From: an uncultured Planctomycetales bacterium
GTDB taxonomy: Bacteria; Omnitrophota; Gorgyraeia; Gygaellales; Profunditerraquicolaceae
NCBI GenBank assembly: GCA_964603585.1
Contig: CAZRVK010000003.1
Coordinates: 3,693-67,692, forward strand
Length of the DNA: 64,000 nt
Direction: 5' to 3'
Part shown: in pieces, positions 24,001 to 36,000 of the stretch
Layout of the letters: each line of letters starts with the position of its first letter
Numbering within the stretch: position 1 is the first letter of the stretch
Made by a program: the position numbers and the translations under genes
Notes under the pieces: generated by a model
What the model was told of the DNA's origin: nothing
Seen by the model: only the letters and a program-made list of their open reading frames with translations
Database searches by the model: none

Positions 24001-27000
24001 TTTCAAAGAAGTGCGCATGGATATACCGGTTGCGGTCGAAGGCAAGACTGTAAATCTGATTGGATTCCGGATCGTGCATAATGATGCCCGCGGCGCAGGT
24101 AAAGGCGGGATCCGTTTTGATAATGTGAAGTCGCTGGATGATCTAAGCGCAGAAGAACTCTTAGAGGTGATTGCCCATATTCTCGATGAGGATCGGGCGC
24201 TGGCCAGTTGGATGAGCTTAAAGAATGCCGTGGCGCTTATCCCTTACGGCGGAGGCAAGGGGTGTGTGGCGGTGCCTCTGGATATTGTTCCGAAAAACGC
24301 CAAAGGGGAGGAAGTCGTCGGTTATGTGCATTCTGCGGTGATCCGCCAGTATGTTTTAAAGGCTTATGAACAGGGTAAATACCTTTTTGGGCCATATATA
24401 GATGTGCCGGCCCCGGATATGCGTACTAAAGGCCAGATCATGGGGTGGTTCCTGGATGAACATTTAAAATTAAAGACCAGGCTTAACCTTTTAGAACAGC
24501 ATTTTATAGACAGGTTACTTCCATTATTAGACACTGAATATGATATCCTTAAAACTCCTTTTTATGATTTGTACTTGTCCCTGGGAGGCACAGTTGAACT
24601 CGGTACTATTACAGGAAAACAGGTTTCAAGGGATGATCCTGAAACCGGCTCAAAAATAATGATCGGCGGGTCCTTGGGCCGTGAAGCGGCAACCGGCCGC
24701 GGTGTGGTTTATGCGACGATCGAGGCGCTCAAGGAGTTTGGTGAAAGGTTAGGTATTGGCACAGAGTTGAGAGGAAAGACCGTTGCGGTGCAGGCGATCG
24801 GTAATGTCGGCGGGCATGCCGCGAGGATTTTCTTTGAAGAAGGGGCAATTGTTACCGAAGTTAGCGATTTTCCGGGAAAAATCACTGATCCCCGGGGGAT
24901 CGATATGGCGGATCTTTTCGCACGGATAAAACGCGATGGGATGCTTAAGGCTTTCCAAGAAACCCATGGTTTTGAGCCGTCGGATAAGGCAGTATCAATT
25001 TTAGAAGCCGATGTGGATATTTTAGTGTTGGCATATCGGGAAAATCAGCTTACCAAAGATAATGCCGGCAGGGTGAGAGCCAAGATCGTTGTTGAAGGCG
25101 CTAACGGCCCGACTACTCCGGAAGCAGACGCGATCTTAGAGGCTAAAGGGATTATTGTGGTGACCGATATTTTAGCTAATATCGGCGGTGTGGTAGTTTC
25201 ATATTTTGAATGGCTGCAGAACTTAAAAGGCGAGCATTGGACGGAGATCGCAGTAAATAAGATGTTGGAACAAAGAATGGCGGTTTCCTTCCGCGATGTT
25301 GTCGCCTCTTCCCGGCAATACAATGTCAGTTTGAGGATCGGGGCGACTATTTTAGCGATAAAACGGATTGCTTCGGCAATGGTGGCAAATGATAAGGATT
25401 TAAGGCAGAAGATTTCCGCAGAAAACGTACTTCCCTATAAAGGTTACGATATCCTTGAGTGTTACGAAACTCAAGAAGAGCTCAACCTCATTTATGAATC
25501 CGGACGTTATCAGGAATTTGTAGATTTGCGTGAAGGGCAAATTGACCGTGAGATCGAGCTGATTGCCGAACGTCTCTTAAAAGAACTGCCGCAAAACAGC
25601 AAGAATTTCGTCTTGGTTTCTGGGCCTAGCGCAGTCGGTAAACCTTATTTTGTCATACGTCTTGCGGAAGCGGTCAGGCGTATTGATAGAAAGATACGTA
25701 CTTGTTGTTTTGCCTTAGATACTAACGGTGCAGCTTTATTCGATGTTATAAAGAGTTTGGATAAGAACAGCATAATATTTATTCACGGCGATAATGCCCT
25801 GGATAAATATTTTGTCAGGGCATTTAACCCCAGAAATACGATCACTATCTTTGAAAATACCGCACCCAGCCTGAAATTATCCGGCAATAAGCCTTTTACC
25901 TCGTCAGATCTTAGGCTGTTGAGACTTATCCTGGAAAAGGCCGCTGAAGGGTATTCGGCAATCGATGTGATAAGGGATTGGCATGATTTACGCGCCCAGC
26001 AGATCGAAAATATCTATCCGAACTGGGGGAATGCCCGCATTACATTTAATGGCCAGGTCGGTTATGAATTACCGTTTTTAAGGAATGCCTTAGAGGGGAT
26101 ATTAAAACAGGCTTTAGTGCAAGCCCAAGCCGCGGATGCCCCGCATTCTTTGCAGATCATCTCTGGCCTCTTGGATTTATTCCAGGGTTTTGTGGCCATG
26201 CCTTTATTAAGGGTGGAAGATTTGCCTTTGCGCTCTACCCCGCGCCAGTTTATCCGCAAGACAGAGGATGTTTTATCTGCGCTTAATTCTACGGCAAAAA
26301 TTAATGGGCAAACTCCTTCAGGCAAAGTTAATAATTATCCTCTACCCGTATCGGCCCAGATCCATGAGGGTATGCTTGAAAGCGGGGCTTCCTGTTCGGG
26401 AAAGGCCGAGGCAGTATTGCGCGACGGAAAATATATTTTTGAATGGAAAGAAAACGCTTCCGAGAACCTGTGGCGGGAGATATTGGAAAGCCTGGCAAAC
26501 GAGCAGGCGGTATTTGCCCGCGGGCCGCCGAGTTTCATTGTCGAGATCACTCTTGATAAGGAAAAACTCGGGGTACATCCGGCAAGCGGATTGGTTTATA
26601 TCGCTGCCTGCGATATCGATACGAAAGTCATTTATCTGCACCCGTACTTCTTCGAACAAAATCCATTAAAGCAAAAAGTAATTTTATACCATGAATTGAT
26701 CAGCCATATCTCTATGGCAATTAAAAACGAAGAGCAGGCTATGACAGATACCTTGGTTTTTTCCGATAAACATCTGGGTAAAGACCTGGAGAAAGATTCT
26801 GTCGACGGTATTTTTATTATCCCTGCCAGTGCCCGAAACCAGGCGTTTGCTAAGCGTCTGGTTGCTCTAAATGAACAATCCCGGAAACAGGGAACGGACA
26901 GTGTCATTCAGGCAGTGCTGGAAGATGATGAGTTAAGAACCAGGGTTTGTTCACTGATCCGCACCCAGGATAGATTGGGCAATACCCGGGGTTATTATGT

Positions 27001-30000
27001 TGATCAAAGCTGGGCGGAAGAATTAAAGAAAGAGTCTTTACGCCGTGCGGCAGGCGAGATCAAGAACCGTGATATCTTTATCCTTCAGATGGAATATGAG
27101 TTGTCTTTTAAGTTCCTGCAGGAGTTTTGTGAATACCTGGTCAAGGTAAAAGGGTGTTCTTTATCTGATGCAGTCTATAACACTGGAGAGGTAGCAAAGA
27201 TCCTGATGGCCGGTGGTTTAGGCAGTTTTAAACCGGATCTTGTCCGGGGCTGGTATAAATCTTTAGCTCTGCATTGGGGAGGGATCGAGGCCAGAAAGCG
27301 GTTGAATGTGTTCGGGATATTATACTCCGAAGCGATTAAGGGCCAGGGGGTGATCCATCCGCGCGGGGCAATATCAAAAGATGATATCAACGATATATTA
27401 AGAGGGGCATTATTTAAGGTAAAGACTTACGCTGATATTGAGCTTAATATGAACGGTATCGGTAAGGTCAGTGTGGATATTTATATGAACCCTTATTCGG
27501 AATTAAATGAGTATTGGCTGTATTGCCCCCAGGTGTTCCATGAGGCGTATTGTGGCGGCTCGGATGATGATTTCAGGGCATTACAGACATTGCTTTATCG
27601 CAAAGTGCTGTTACGGTTCATTAAGGATGGGATCCATGACGGGGTTTTCAGCCGGGATCTAATATTTTCTACCAGTGAGGTAAACACGACGCTGGCGGTT
27701 CCCAGGGCCGTTAATGACGAATACAGGGATGATCCTTGTTTTAGCCGGCTTTTAGTCCATCATTATAACCATACTATCGTTCCCGCCGGGATGCCTTGTT
27801 ATAATTCTTACATGTTTGACGCCTTGAGTATCGCGGATGAGTTTAGAGATGCTATATATGAAGGAAAAGTTGACCTGGTAAAAATAACCGGCCGGGTAAG
27901 CGATGTGATCACCGGATGCTCTACCTCTCATACCGAGATCTTGCGCGATCAGATATTTAAGGAATTCGCGGATAAAGTTACCGAGAATGATCTGTTCGGT
28001 AACAGCGAAGGTTCGGATATTGAAAGATGGCAGGGTAAAGCGGTTCAGGGCCTGATTGCACAGCTTATGAGGGTAGTTAAGGCAAAAGATTATGTTGAGT
28101 TATTCGAAAAACTGGACAGTAACTCCAGGATGAAGGCAATGTTCGTGAGAAAGCTATTGGCGATTAAAAAACAGCAGAAAAAGGTTTTAGTTTCTGATCT
28201 TTTCGCTGGGTTATTCGGCCAGATAGACGTGACAGAAAGCGACCTTGCTTCTGTCGGCACTAATTTTATCGACCGGCCCATATTTACTTTTGTCAGGCGC
28301 TTTGTGGATTATAAGTGCGGTGATCTTATCGTGGATATCCTTTATGACCCGGGTTATCGTCAGAGGATTGTTGATTCCGGGGCAGTGCTTTTTATTGGAG
28401 GAAGAAAATTCGGGTTGTTTGCCGATGTCCAGCATAACCGGATAAAAGAATTGATCAAGATCGATCCGCGCATGAAATACCATATTGTTTTTGTCTCAAA
28501 CCACAATGTATTTACCTCCTGGGAAATCCAGCAGGGTACGGATTTTGGCGGTATGTTGTCATGGAAAGGCAAAGAGGCCGGTCCGACAAGTTTTGGGAAC
28601 GCCCAACAAAACGGCGCGCCCAGTTTCGCTTCTCCGGACGGGGTGATTTCAGAAAGGGTAAGGCCAGCTAAACGCGATGCAAAAGGTAAAGTTATCGGCG
28701 GCACAGGTTATATCGTTAAATATGGCCAGGAACGTTCTTTTTCCGGTGATATAAAACCGGACCGCGAGTCTTTTGTTAAGAACCTGGAGCAGGCCTGCGC
28801 AGATTATTTCGATGTAGAAAATTATGGGACTCTGGCGTATAACGCTTTGCGCATGAGTTTGACCCAAGGGGATATTTGCAATCAGGCTAAAGGTTTGATC
28901 ATGGTTTGGGCAGATATGGTCAAGGCAAGAAAAAAAGAAACAGCGCCTGTTGCAGATCAAGCTTCTTCCATGGGCTTATTATTTGATCCGGTATTGCTTT
29001 CTTATTTAGCCGCAAATTATCTGGTTATATTTACGGCATTCTTCTTGATCTTGTGGTTGTTAGAAAAAGGCATTCTTCCTTCCGTATTTGCCCGCTGCAG
29101 TGCCGAAACAGATTGTTCTACCTTCCGTGGCTGGTGGGGAACAATAACCCTTTTATCAAGGGCGTTTCGGCACGCAGCCGGGCTTAATAAAGGGGACGTT
29201 TCTATTTTCGCAGCGCTTAAGACTATGGCGAAAATAGAAACGTCCCCTTTATTCAAGTATTGGCTATTATTAAAGACTTTAAAAAAGAGTTTATTAACCT
29301 TGCCAGGACAAACTGGGTTTAACCGTATTCGCTGGGCTCATTTAATAGCCGCTGGGTTATTTGTGATTGCTCCTATGGTTGGTTGTGCATCCCATGGGGA
29401 AAAGCGCGTGGATATGCATTATATCGGCCAGTCAGCAAATCAGGTAGTGATAAATGTCCAAGGGAGTATGCCGGTTATGCCAAGAATAAAAGCCGAAGGC
29501 TTGGCTATCGGGTTTGAAGGGTTTGCCGCCGGGAATATGCGGGCATTCTTAAAGAGTTTGGGTATGGCTAAAATTACCTCTAAAATGCGTTTTTATATGG
29601 CCGCAGATAATCCGGATTTAGCTAAAGAACTGGCAGTCGAAGCCAGCCAAAACGAAAAGATCCTGGTAGTTTTAGGATATAGTTCAAGTAACAGTATTGC
29701 CGGAAATGGCGGAAGATATGCTTTTGTAGAGGAGTTATCCCGTTTAGGCGTTGGTGTAGATCTCTTAGTTGTATTTGATGATACCTGGAGAAAAGATATT
29801 CCCGCAAACGTCCGGGCAGTGATAAATATCCATACAAGCAGTATTTTTAACGGCACATTATTGACGCGTAAGAAAATAAAAGGCAGTGATACCTGGGCGG
29901 TAGATATGCGTTTCTTTGATCTGCATCATGTCCGGATGCCTTTAGCTAAAGGCAAGGCCCGTACCGATTATGAAGAATGGACCAGGCAATTATATACGGC

Positions 30001-33000
30001 GATAATTATCGAAGCGATGAATTATATCTGGCAAGAGAAACATCCTGATATAAAAACAGTTCATACGACACAGCCTGTTGCTAAAGAACCCGCACCGGCG
30101 TTACCAACCCCGAAACGTCCAATAAACAGACTGCCTGCTGATCATAAAAACAGTTTGTGCCTGCCTTTAGCTTCAGGGAATATTTCTCTAATAATGATGA
30201 TCTTATTCGTTGGTGTATTTGTAGTTGTGCAGAATGTGTCGAGGCCTGGTAATTATAAAGGAAGGCCTAAGAAATGGAATTTAGATACTCTAACTGCAGA
30301 ATTAAGTAGGATGTATCGCACGGGCAGGGATTCTCGCGGGAAAAAATATTATCCTGAAGACCTGGTATATTCAAAGAAACGCGGCTGGCCTTCAGGGATC
30401 CAAAGGTCTTATCAGGGGATGTTCAAGTCCGCGCATTACCTGATCAATAAGAAATGCAAGGAGATCGATCCTTCGTTTAAAGGGTTTCTTGCGCGTGATG
30501 CCTGGATCACGCTTTGCACCTTAGCCGATATTGATTATTTTAATCTTGAACGAACCGCCAAAGCGAGAGTAGCGCGCAGGCAAGAAGCAGAAGGTGTAAA
30601 GTTTTATCCGCATTCTGCCACAAGTTTGAATGCCGATCTGGATGATATTGTCTCGCCGGAAAAAGGATCGATCATGTCCTTCGCTGAAATACTTGGTTTG
30701 GCTGATCTGCGCGATAGAGAAAGGCAGGTATTATATTTATATTATGAAAAAGGCTTTATCGATGAACAGATCGGCGAGATGCTTGGCCCGAAACAATTAA
30801 CAAAGGCTGGTGTACAAATAATAAGAAAGCACGCTATAGATAAGATAAGAGTTGCTTTGTTAGGAGAAGACTTAAAGGCGGATAGGGAATCTGGTTTGAG
30901 GATCATCATCGAAGATGATTTGGCTGCGGCAAGAAAAGCTCTGGGAGTCGTTCGGTCAGTAAAGAGAGGCAATTGTTTTAGTGCTGTGAGTTATTCGCAG
31001 CCCGTTCGGTACCGTTCTGGTTGTTTGGGGATAAATTACGCAAGGCTTAATGATATGGGAAGGCTGATTGTTGATCTGCCGGGGAAAGACCAATACCGTG
31101 CTTTATTTAGTACTTATGGCGGGCAAAGTGTAAGGTATACAGTTGTCCGTGATGCAGAAGGCCAATTGCTGGTTGATGAATCCTCGATCATGCTTTTGGA
31201 TGTAAGTGATAATCCTCTTGTTGGAGATGGATTGACATATATAGTAGACCCCGTAACGAATATGATCCGCGGGCATTTGCCGAGGCAAAATTTGAGCGTT
31301 TCTTCGCGCAAAATGCTGAATGGATTAGTGATAAAGAATTATCCTTTAACTTCTCAAGGATACCTTTGTTTCGGCAGGACAGATTTAGGTGATATTTGTA
31401 CGATCACCAGGTTTAAAGATGCTTCTTCAGGGGATACTGTTGATTTTACGATAAAAGAAGGCGCGATAGAACGCGTTTATTTTAAAGGCAGAGAGTGTGC
31501 TGCTTGTATGGCAATAGGCGAAGACGGGCTGCCGGTAGATTCATTTATCTTTAATGAGAAATTCCCGGAAAGGATCTCTAAGCTTATACGATCAGGCAGG
31601 ATAAGTGCCATTGATCTTGTAGTAAATAAGAAGAACTGTTTTGTTTTAAGTAAATCACTGGCATGCTCTTTTCTTGGCTGGGGGGATTTTAGAGGCAGGA
31701 AGATAAGGGTATTTTTTGCTCCAGGTAGTGACAAGATCGAACGTGTTGTTGTAACCGGAAAGAATGATGAAGAACTTGTTATCACAGCAGAGCAACTAAG
31801 GCGAAGACATTTGGAATATTTCAGTTTGTTTTTAGAAAATATACGGTCTTTAAGATCAGTAAGAAAGAGAGGATTAGGCAGGCTTGCAGGATTAACCGGC
31901 AGAGAGATCATTTCTCGGATAAAGAGAGATCTTTATCGCTACTGCCCGTTAGTATATGTACTCGCAGAGCGGCAGACGAAAGAAGGCACTGCTCAAATAA
32001 GTGCATCTCTTCCGGATAGCCATAGTTTTTGGCGCCAGGTTTATGAAAGAAGATCTCAAATCGTTAAGTGTGTGCTTGATGGTATTGTCGATGGAGAGCC
32101 TCTGGTAGAGATCTCCCGGAAAATAGAAACTACTCTTGAAGAAGTCTCTGCGATCTTTGAATCCTTGGCATTTGTGGAAGAGATAACCAGTTTCTACGGA
32201 AAAACCATTGAGAAAAAAGAATCGGCAAGAAGAGAGAGGATCCATAAGGTTACCCCAAAATACCGGATGAAGTTTATGCATGCCCCGAGGAATAAATATT
32301 TAATAGATAACGAGATACTATTGGTTGGATGTATGACTTGGAAGGATGATGTGGTTTTGGCGGAGATCGATAATTACGTCCAGAATATGGCCGGGGTGAT
32401 CTTGGCTGCGGCTAGGATTTATAAATGGAGAACAGGGAATCCAGCGGTGATCGCCCTGCTTTCGGATCATACGGCAAATGATAAAGCCGGGATTGATCCA
32501 CTTGTAGGTGAGCGGTTTGAGAATGTTTATGGCGGAATCATCGAGCGTGCTCAAAGGTTAGCTGAACAATTAGCGGTAGATGAAGGGGTGACTTTAGTTT
32601 TTGCCGGAAGAGGTAATATTCAGGTAGATGCCGCTATAACCCCGGACCGCTATGAGAAGAAAACCGGGCTTAAGCCGGAAGCCGGCAGTTTTCCGGCGAA
32701 TGTTTTTATATTCCCTAATTTGCACGCTTTTCAGTTTTGCCGTGATGCTGCGAAATTAGGGTGGTATTTAGAAACAAGCAATAACGGCGGCGGGATCTTT
32801 GATGTGATTTACCGCCGCCTGTCTAATGCCCCGGCAAATGCTTTGCCGCAGGTGATCTTTACGGAAACGCTTAATTCTCAAGACGGCGGTTTAAGTTTCA
32901 GGGTTATTAATGCCGCTTTAGCAGTAGCCGAAGCAGGGTTGGCAAAGGCGGTTTTAGTTTCCCATGAGCCGGAAATAATCAAGGAAACATTCCCGCAAGC

Positions 33001-36000
33001 CATTGATCTGGTCAATGCCGGCAGGATAGAGATCGTTGACCCGCGCAGCATTACGCAAGAAAATGAGACTGGACTAAAAGCTAATTTATATGCCGCACGC
33101 AGGTTATTGCAGGATAAATTAAGTGCAGGTATCCCGGCGGCAATTCTTGCCGGAGAAGAATTTAGTGCCGCAGATGTAGAGATGTTCTCAATGCACTTTA
33201 AAGAGAATGATGTTGCGCGTATTTCTGATTATTTCTTAATGATTTTTGCCGACCATAATGTCGGAGAGAATGGTTTGGTCATGTATGTCAATACTTCAAT
33301 GCAGAAATGCCCCGATGCTAAAGGTATTGCGGAAATGGCGGATAGTGCCGCTAGAACCTTCCGTGACCTTACCGGCGAAAAACCAAAAATCGCCTTAGCT
33401 ACTTCCAGCCAGAAGCAAGCATATAAAATGCGCCAGGCAGAGCAATTACTCAAAGACAAATATCCTTCAGCTGAAGCGGTAAACTTCAAAAAGGCCTTAA
33501 GAAAAGGTTTTAATATAATAATTTTCCCGGATGTTGTTTCCGGTAATACTTGTTACCAGTGGACAGAGAGGATCTTAGGCGCCCGGGCATTAGGTCCATT
33601 TATCCTGGGGACAACTGTTCCGGTCAGTGGTTTATCCCGAAGCGCAGATGAGCAGGATATTAAAGACACGGCGGTCGCCTTATCAAGCACTGTTTTAAGG
33701 ATGCCGGTGTTAGTTTTAAATAATAAGGGGACTTCTATTAAATACCAGTTGATCGAGATGAAAGATGAACAGTTGATCCAAGAAGGGGAATTTGGTTTAG
33801 CAGGGCAAAATGATAATGAGACTTTTGCACAGACGGCAGTAATATCAGCAGTCATTGAATCACTTCAGGTCCAGCCCATTGCGATTGGGTACCGTCTGCC
33901 TCAAGGCTTAGGTAATGATATGCGTGATTTGGAACGGGCGGTTGGGATCAATTTAGCCCAAGACAATAGAGGGGGAGTTCCGGATACCATAGAGGGAGCT
34001 ATTGTTAAAATCGATAACGCCGCCAGCCAAAACAAGGATGAATTATCTAAGTCGTGTGCCTTGGCCTTAAAGGCCTTTGTTTCTCAAATGGCAAAATGTG
34101 TTCAGGCTTACGGGGGTATTGTAAGCAACTCCCTTGGCAGGACGCGTTCGGTTATTTTTGCCGGGGGGAGTGGTGAGCATAATGCGATCTTACGAGAAAT
34201 GGCAGTAAACATGTTGCCGGAGAATATAAGAAGGGATATTAAGCTTTTACCGATGCAGGCTGATGAAATGCTTGTGATTGCCCGGGATACTTTAGTAGCC
34301 ATTACCAAGGATGATCAGTCTTCGCAGCAATCAGCATGTTTTATGCCGCTGGCTATAATGGGCAACATATCTTTTGTGCCATTACTTTTGCTCTTGGTTA
34401 TTTCGGTCATGGTTTTGCCGGCGTTTGATTTTGGTAAAATGTTTGGTTTTGGCAAAAAAGAAGATCCTCTAAGTCAGCCTAAACCTGCTGCTCCAAAGAT
34501 CGATGCGGACAAAAGCGAGATAGCCAAACCCAAGGATAATTTACCTGCCCCTACCCCGAAGGCGCAAGAGGCGAAAAAAGATATTTTACCTGCTAAAGAT
34601 GTGGAGTTTGCTCCGGCGGTAAATAATTTCATTGCCGCTTTGGATAAGATGCCGCTTAAGCTTGCCAAGCGGATCGAGGTCATTCTTTTGTTCATTCACG
34701 AAGGCAATGCGCATTGTTTTAATGAAGATTTTGATGATCCTAAGATGCTTGAGGCTTTGGCTTGCCTGGACCTTGATCCTTTTCAGATCGAAGAGTTCCT
34801 GGAGATGCCTGAAGAGGAGTGGTTGCCGTTAGTTGAGGAAAAGCTTAAAGAGTTAGGCAAAGAGGGAAGATACCGCCCGGCCCTGAAAGAGCTAAGAAAA
34901 TTATTCCAACAGTTTAAAGCGGGTGATATAGAAGAACCTGTAAGCGAGGCGGGACCTGCCGTAAAACCGGATAATTCAGTGCCTAACGGGCCTGTAGATC
35001 ATGAGGTGAAAGATGTTGCGGCAAGAACCATCGCGGCAACTAATCCGCAATTCACTAAATCAGCAGAAGTAGCAGCCTATATCAATGCGCACGTAGAAAA
35101 AATGCCGATGATCAGGTTGGTCAAGACTGCTTTAGCGAGGGATCCCATGCTTTTAATAGATCCGGCCGCAGATGAGGCTGAACTAACCCAGGATGATATC
35201 AGAAGATTGATCTCCGATCACGGCGGAGTTAAACATCAGGTGGCTTTTCTTAAAGAAACGCTTGAAAAGATGCCGAAACTGCAAAACAAGCCGATTTATC
35301 TGCATGCCTTTTCCACATTAGTAGCGGTTTTAAAGAATTATTTGGAACATCTTAAGGCCAAGCAATCTCCGCAGCATATTCTTGTTCCCTTGCCTATGAT
35401 TATAGGTAATCTGGCGGTCACTGATTTTGAGCTGGAATTCAGTGCCTGGTGGAATGCATTTATTACACACGGGTATCTTTATATTTTCATTCCGGCGTTG
35501 GTTATTATTATTCTTTCTGCCTTTATCTCTTATAAGAAGAAAATAAGCAACAATATCACAAATATGCTTAATCTGGATGCTCAATCAGAACAGTTCGCTG
35601 GAGTCGGTAAGAGAGAGCGTGAAACAAACAGCAAATTATCGACTTTAAGAAATAAAATCGATGCATTATTCCATTATGCTGGGCGCTTTCCGCGTTACTT
35701 CTGCTTATGGCAGGCCGGTTTTATCCGTGAGGAAGTGATAAAGCAATTAGTCCTGGTTTTATCCAAAGCCGCAAAACGCATGGTTGAAGTAGCTGAAGAA
35801 CAGCTCTATTGGTTTGAAGTGTTTGCCGGGATAGTTGAGAAAAACAGCAAGGCAGGTTTTCAGAACAATTGGATGCGCCGTTTAGTATTAGCACAAACCT
35901 TAGGGAATGGGATAATTTTGAAACAAAGCCAGTCTTTAGTGGAGGGTCTCCTTTTTGAGTTTACCCGGGCTTTTGCCCAGAAATATCCCCAGCGCGCTTT

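Noticed and set aside
25600-25660. Walker-A-like GPSAVGKP, and LAESKTGKS at about 4840, as nucleotide-kinase domains
   Set aside because: These are only partial P-loop matches (missing a Gly, or Pro in place of Ser/Thr) without the downstream Walker B context. That is too weak to call.
26268-26669. Plus-strand off-phase ORFs (26268..26669 at 133 aa, 40026..40367, 15462..15800, 9750..9977 and others)
   Set aside because: They are not in the phase that carries the domains, have skewed composition and no start-site signals. They are treated as chance ORFs inside the coding region. The exception 23566..23805 is kept as a low-confidence feature.
29186-29253. The 26-bp hairpin as a rho-independent terminator
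   Set aside because: There is no T-tract after the stem on either strand, and it lies inside the uninterrupted reading frame. It is kept as a structural or regulatory curiosity rather than a terminator.
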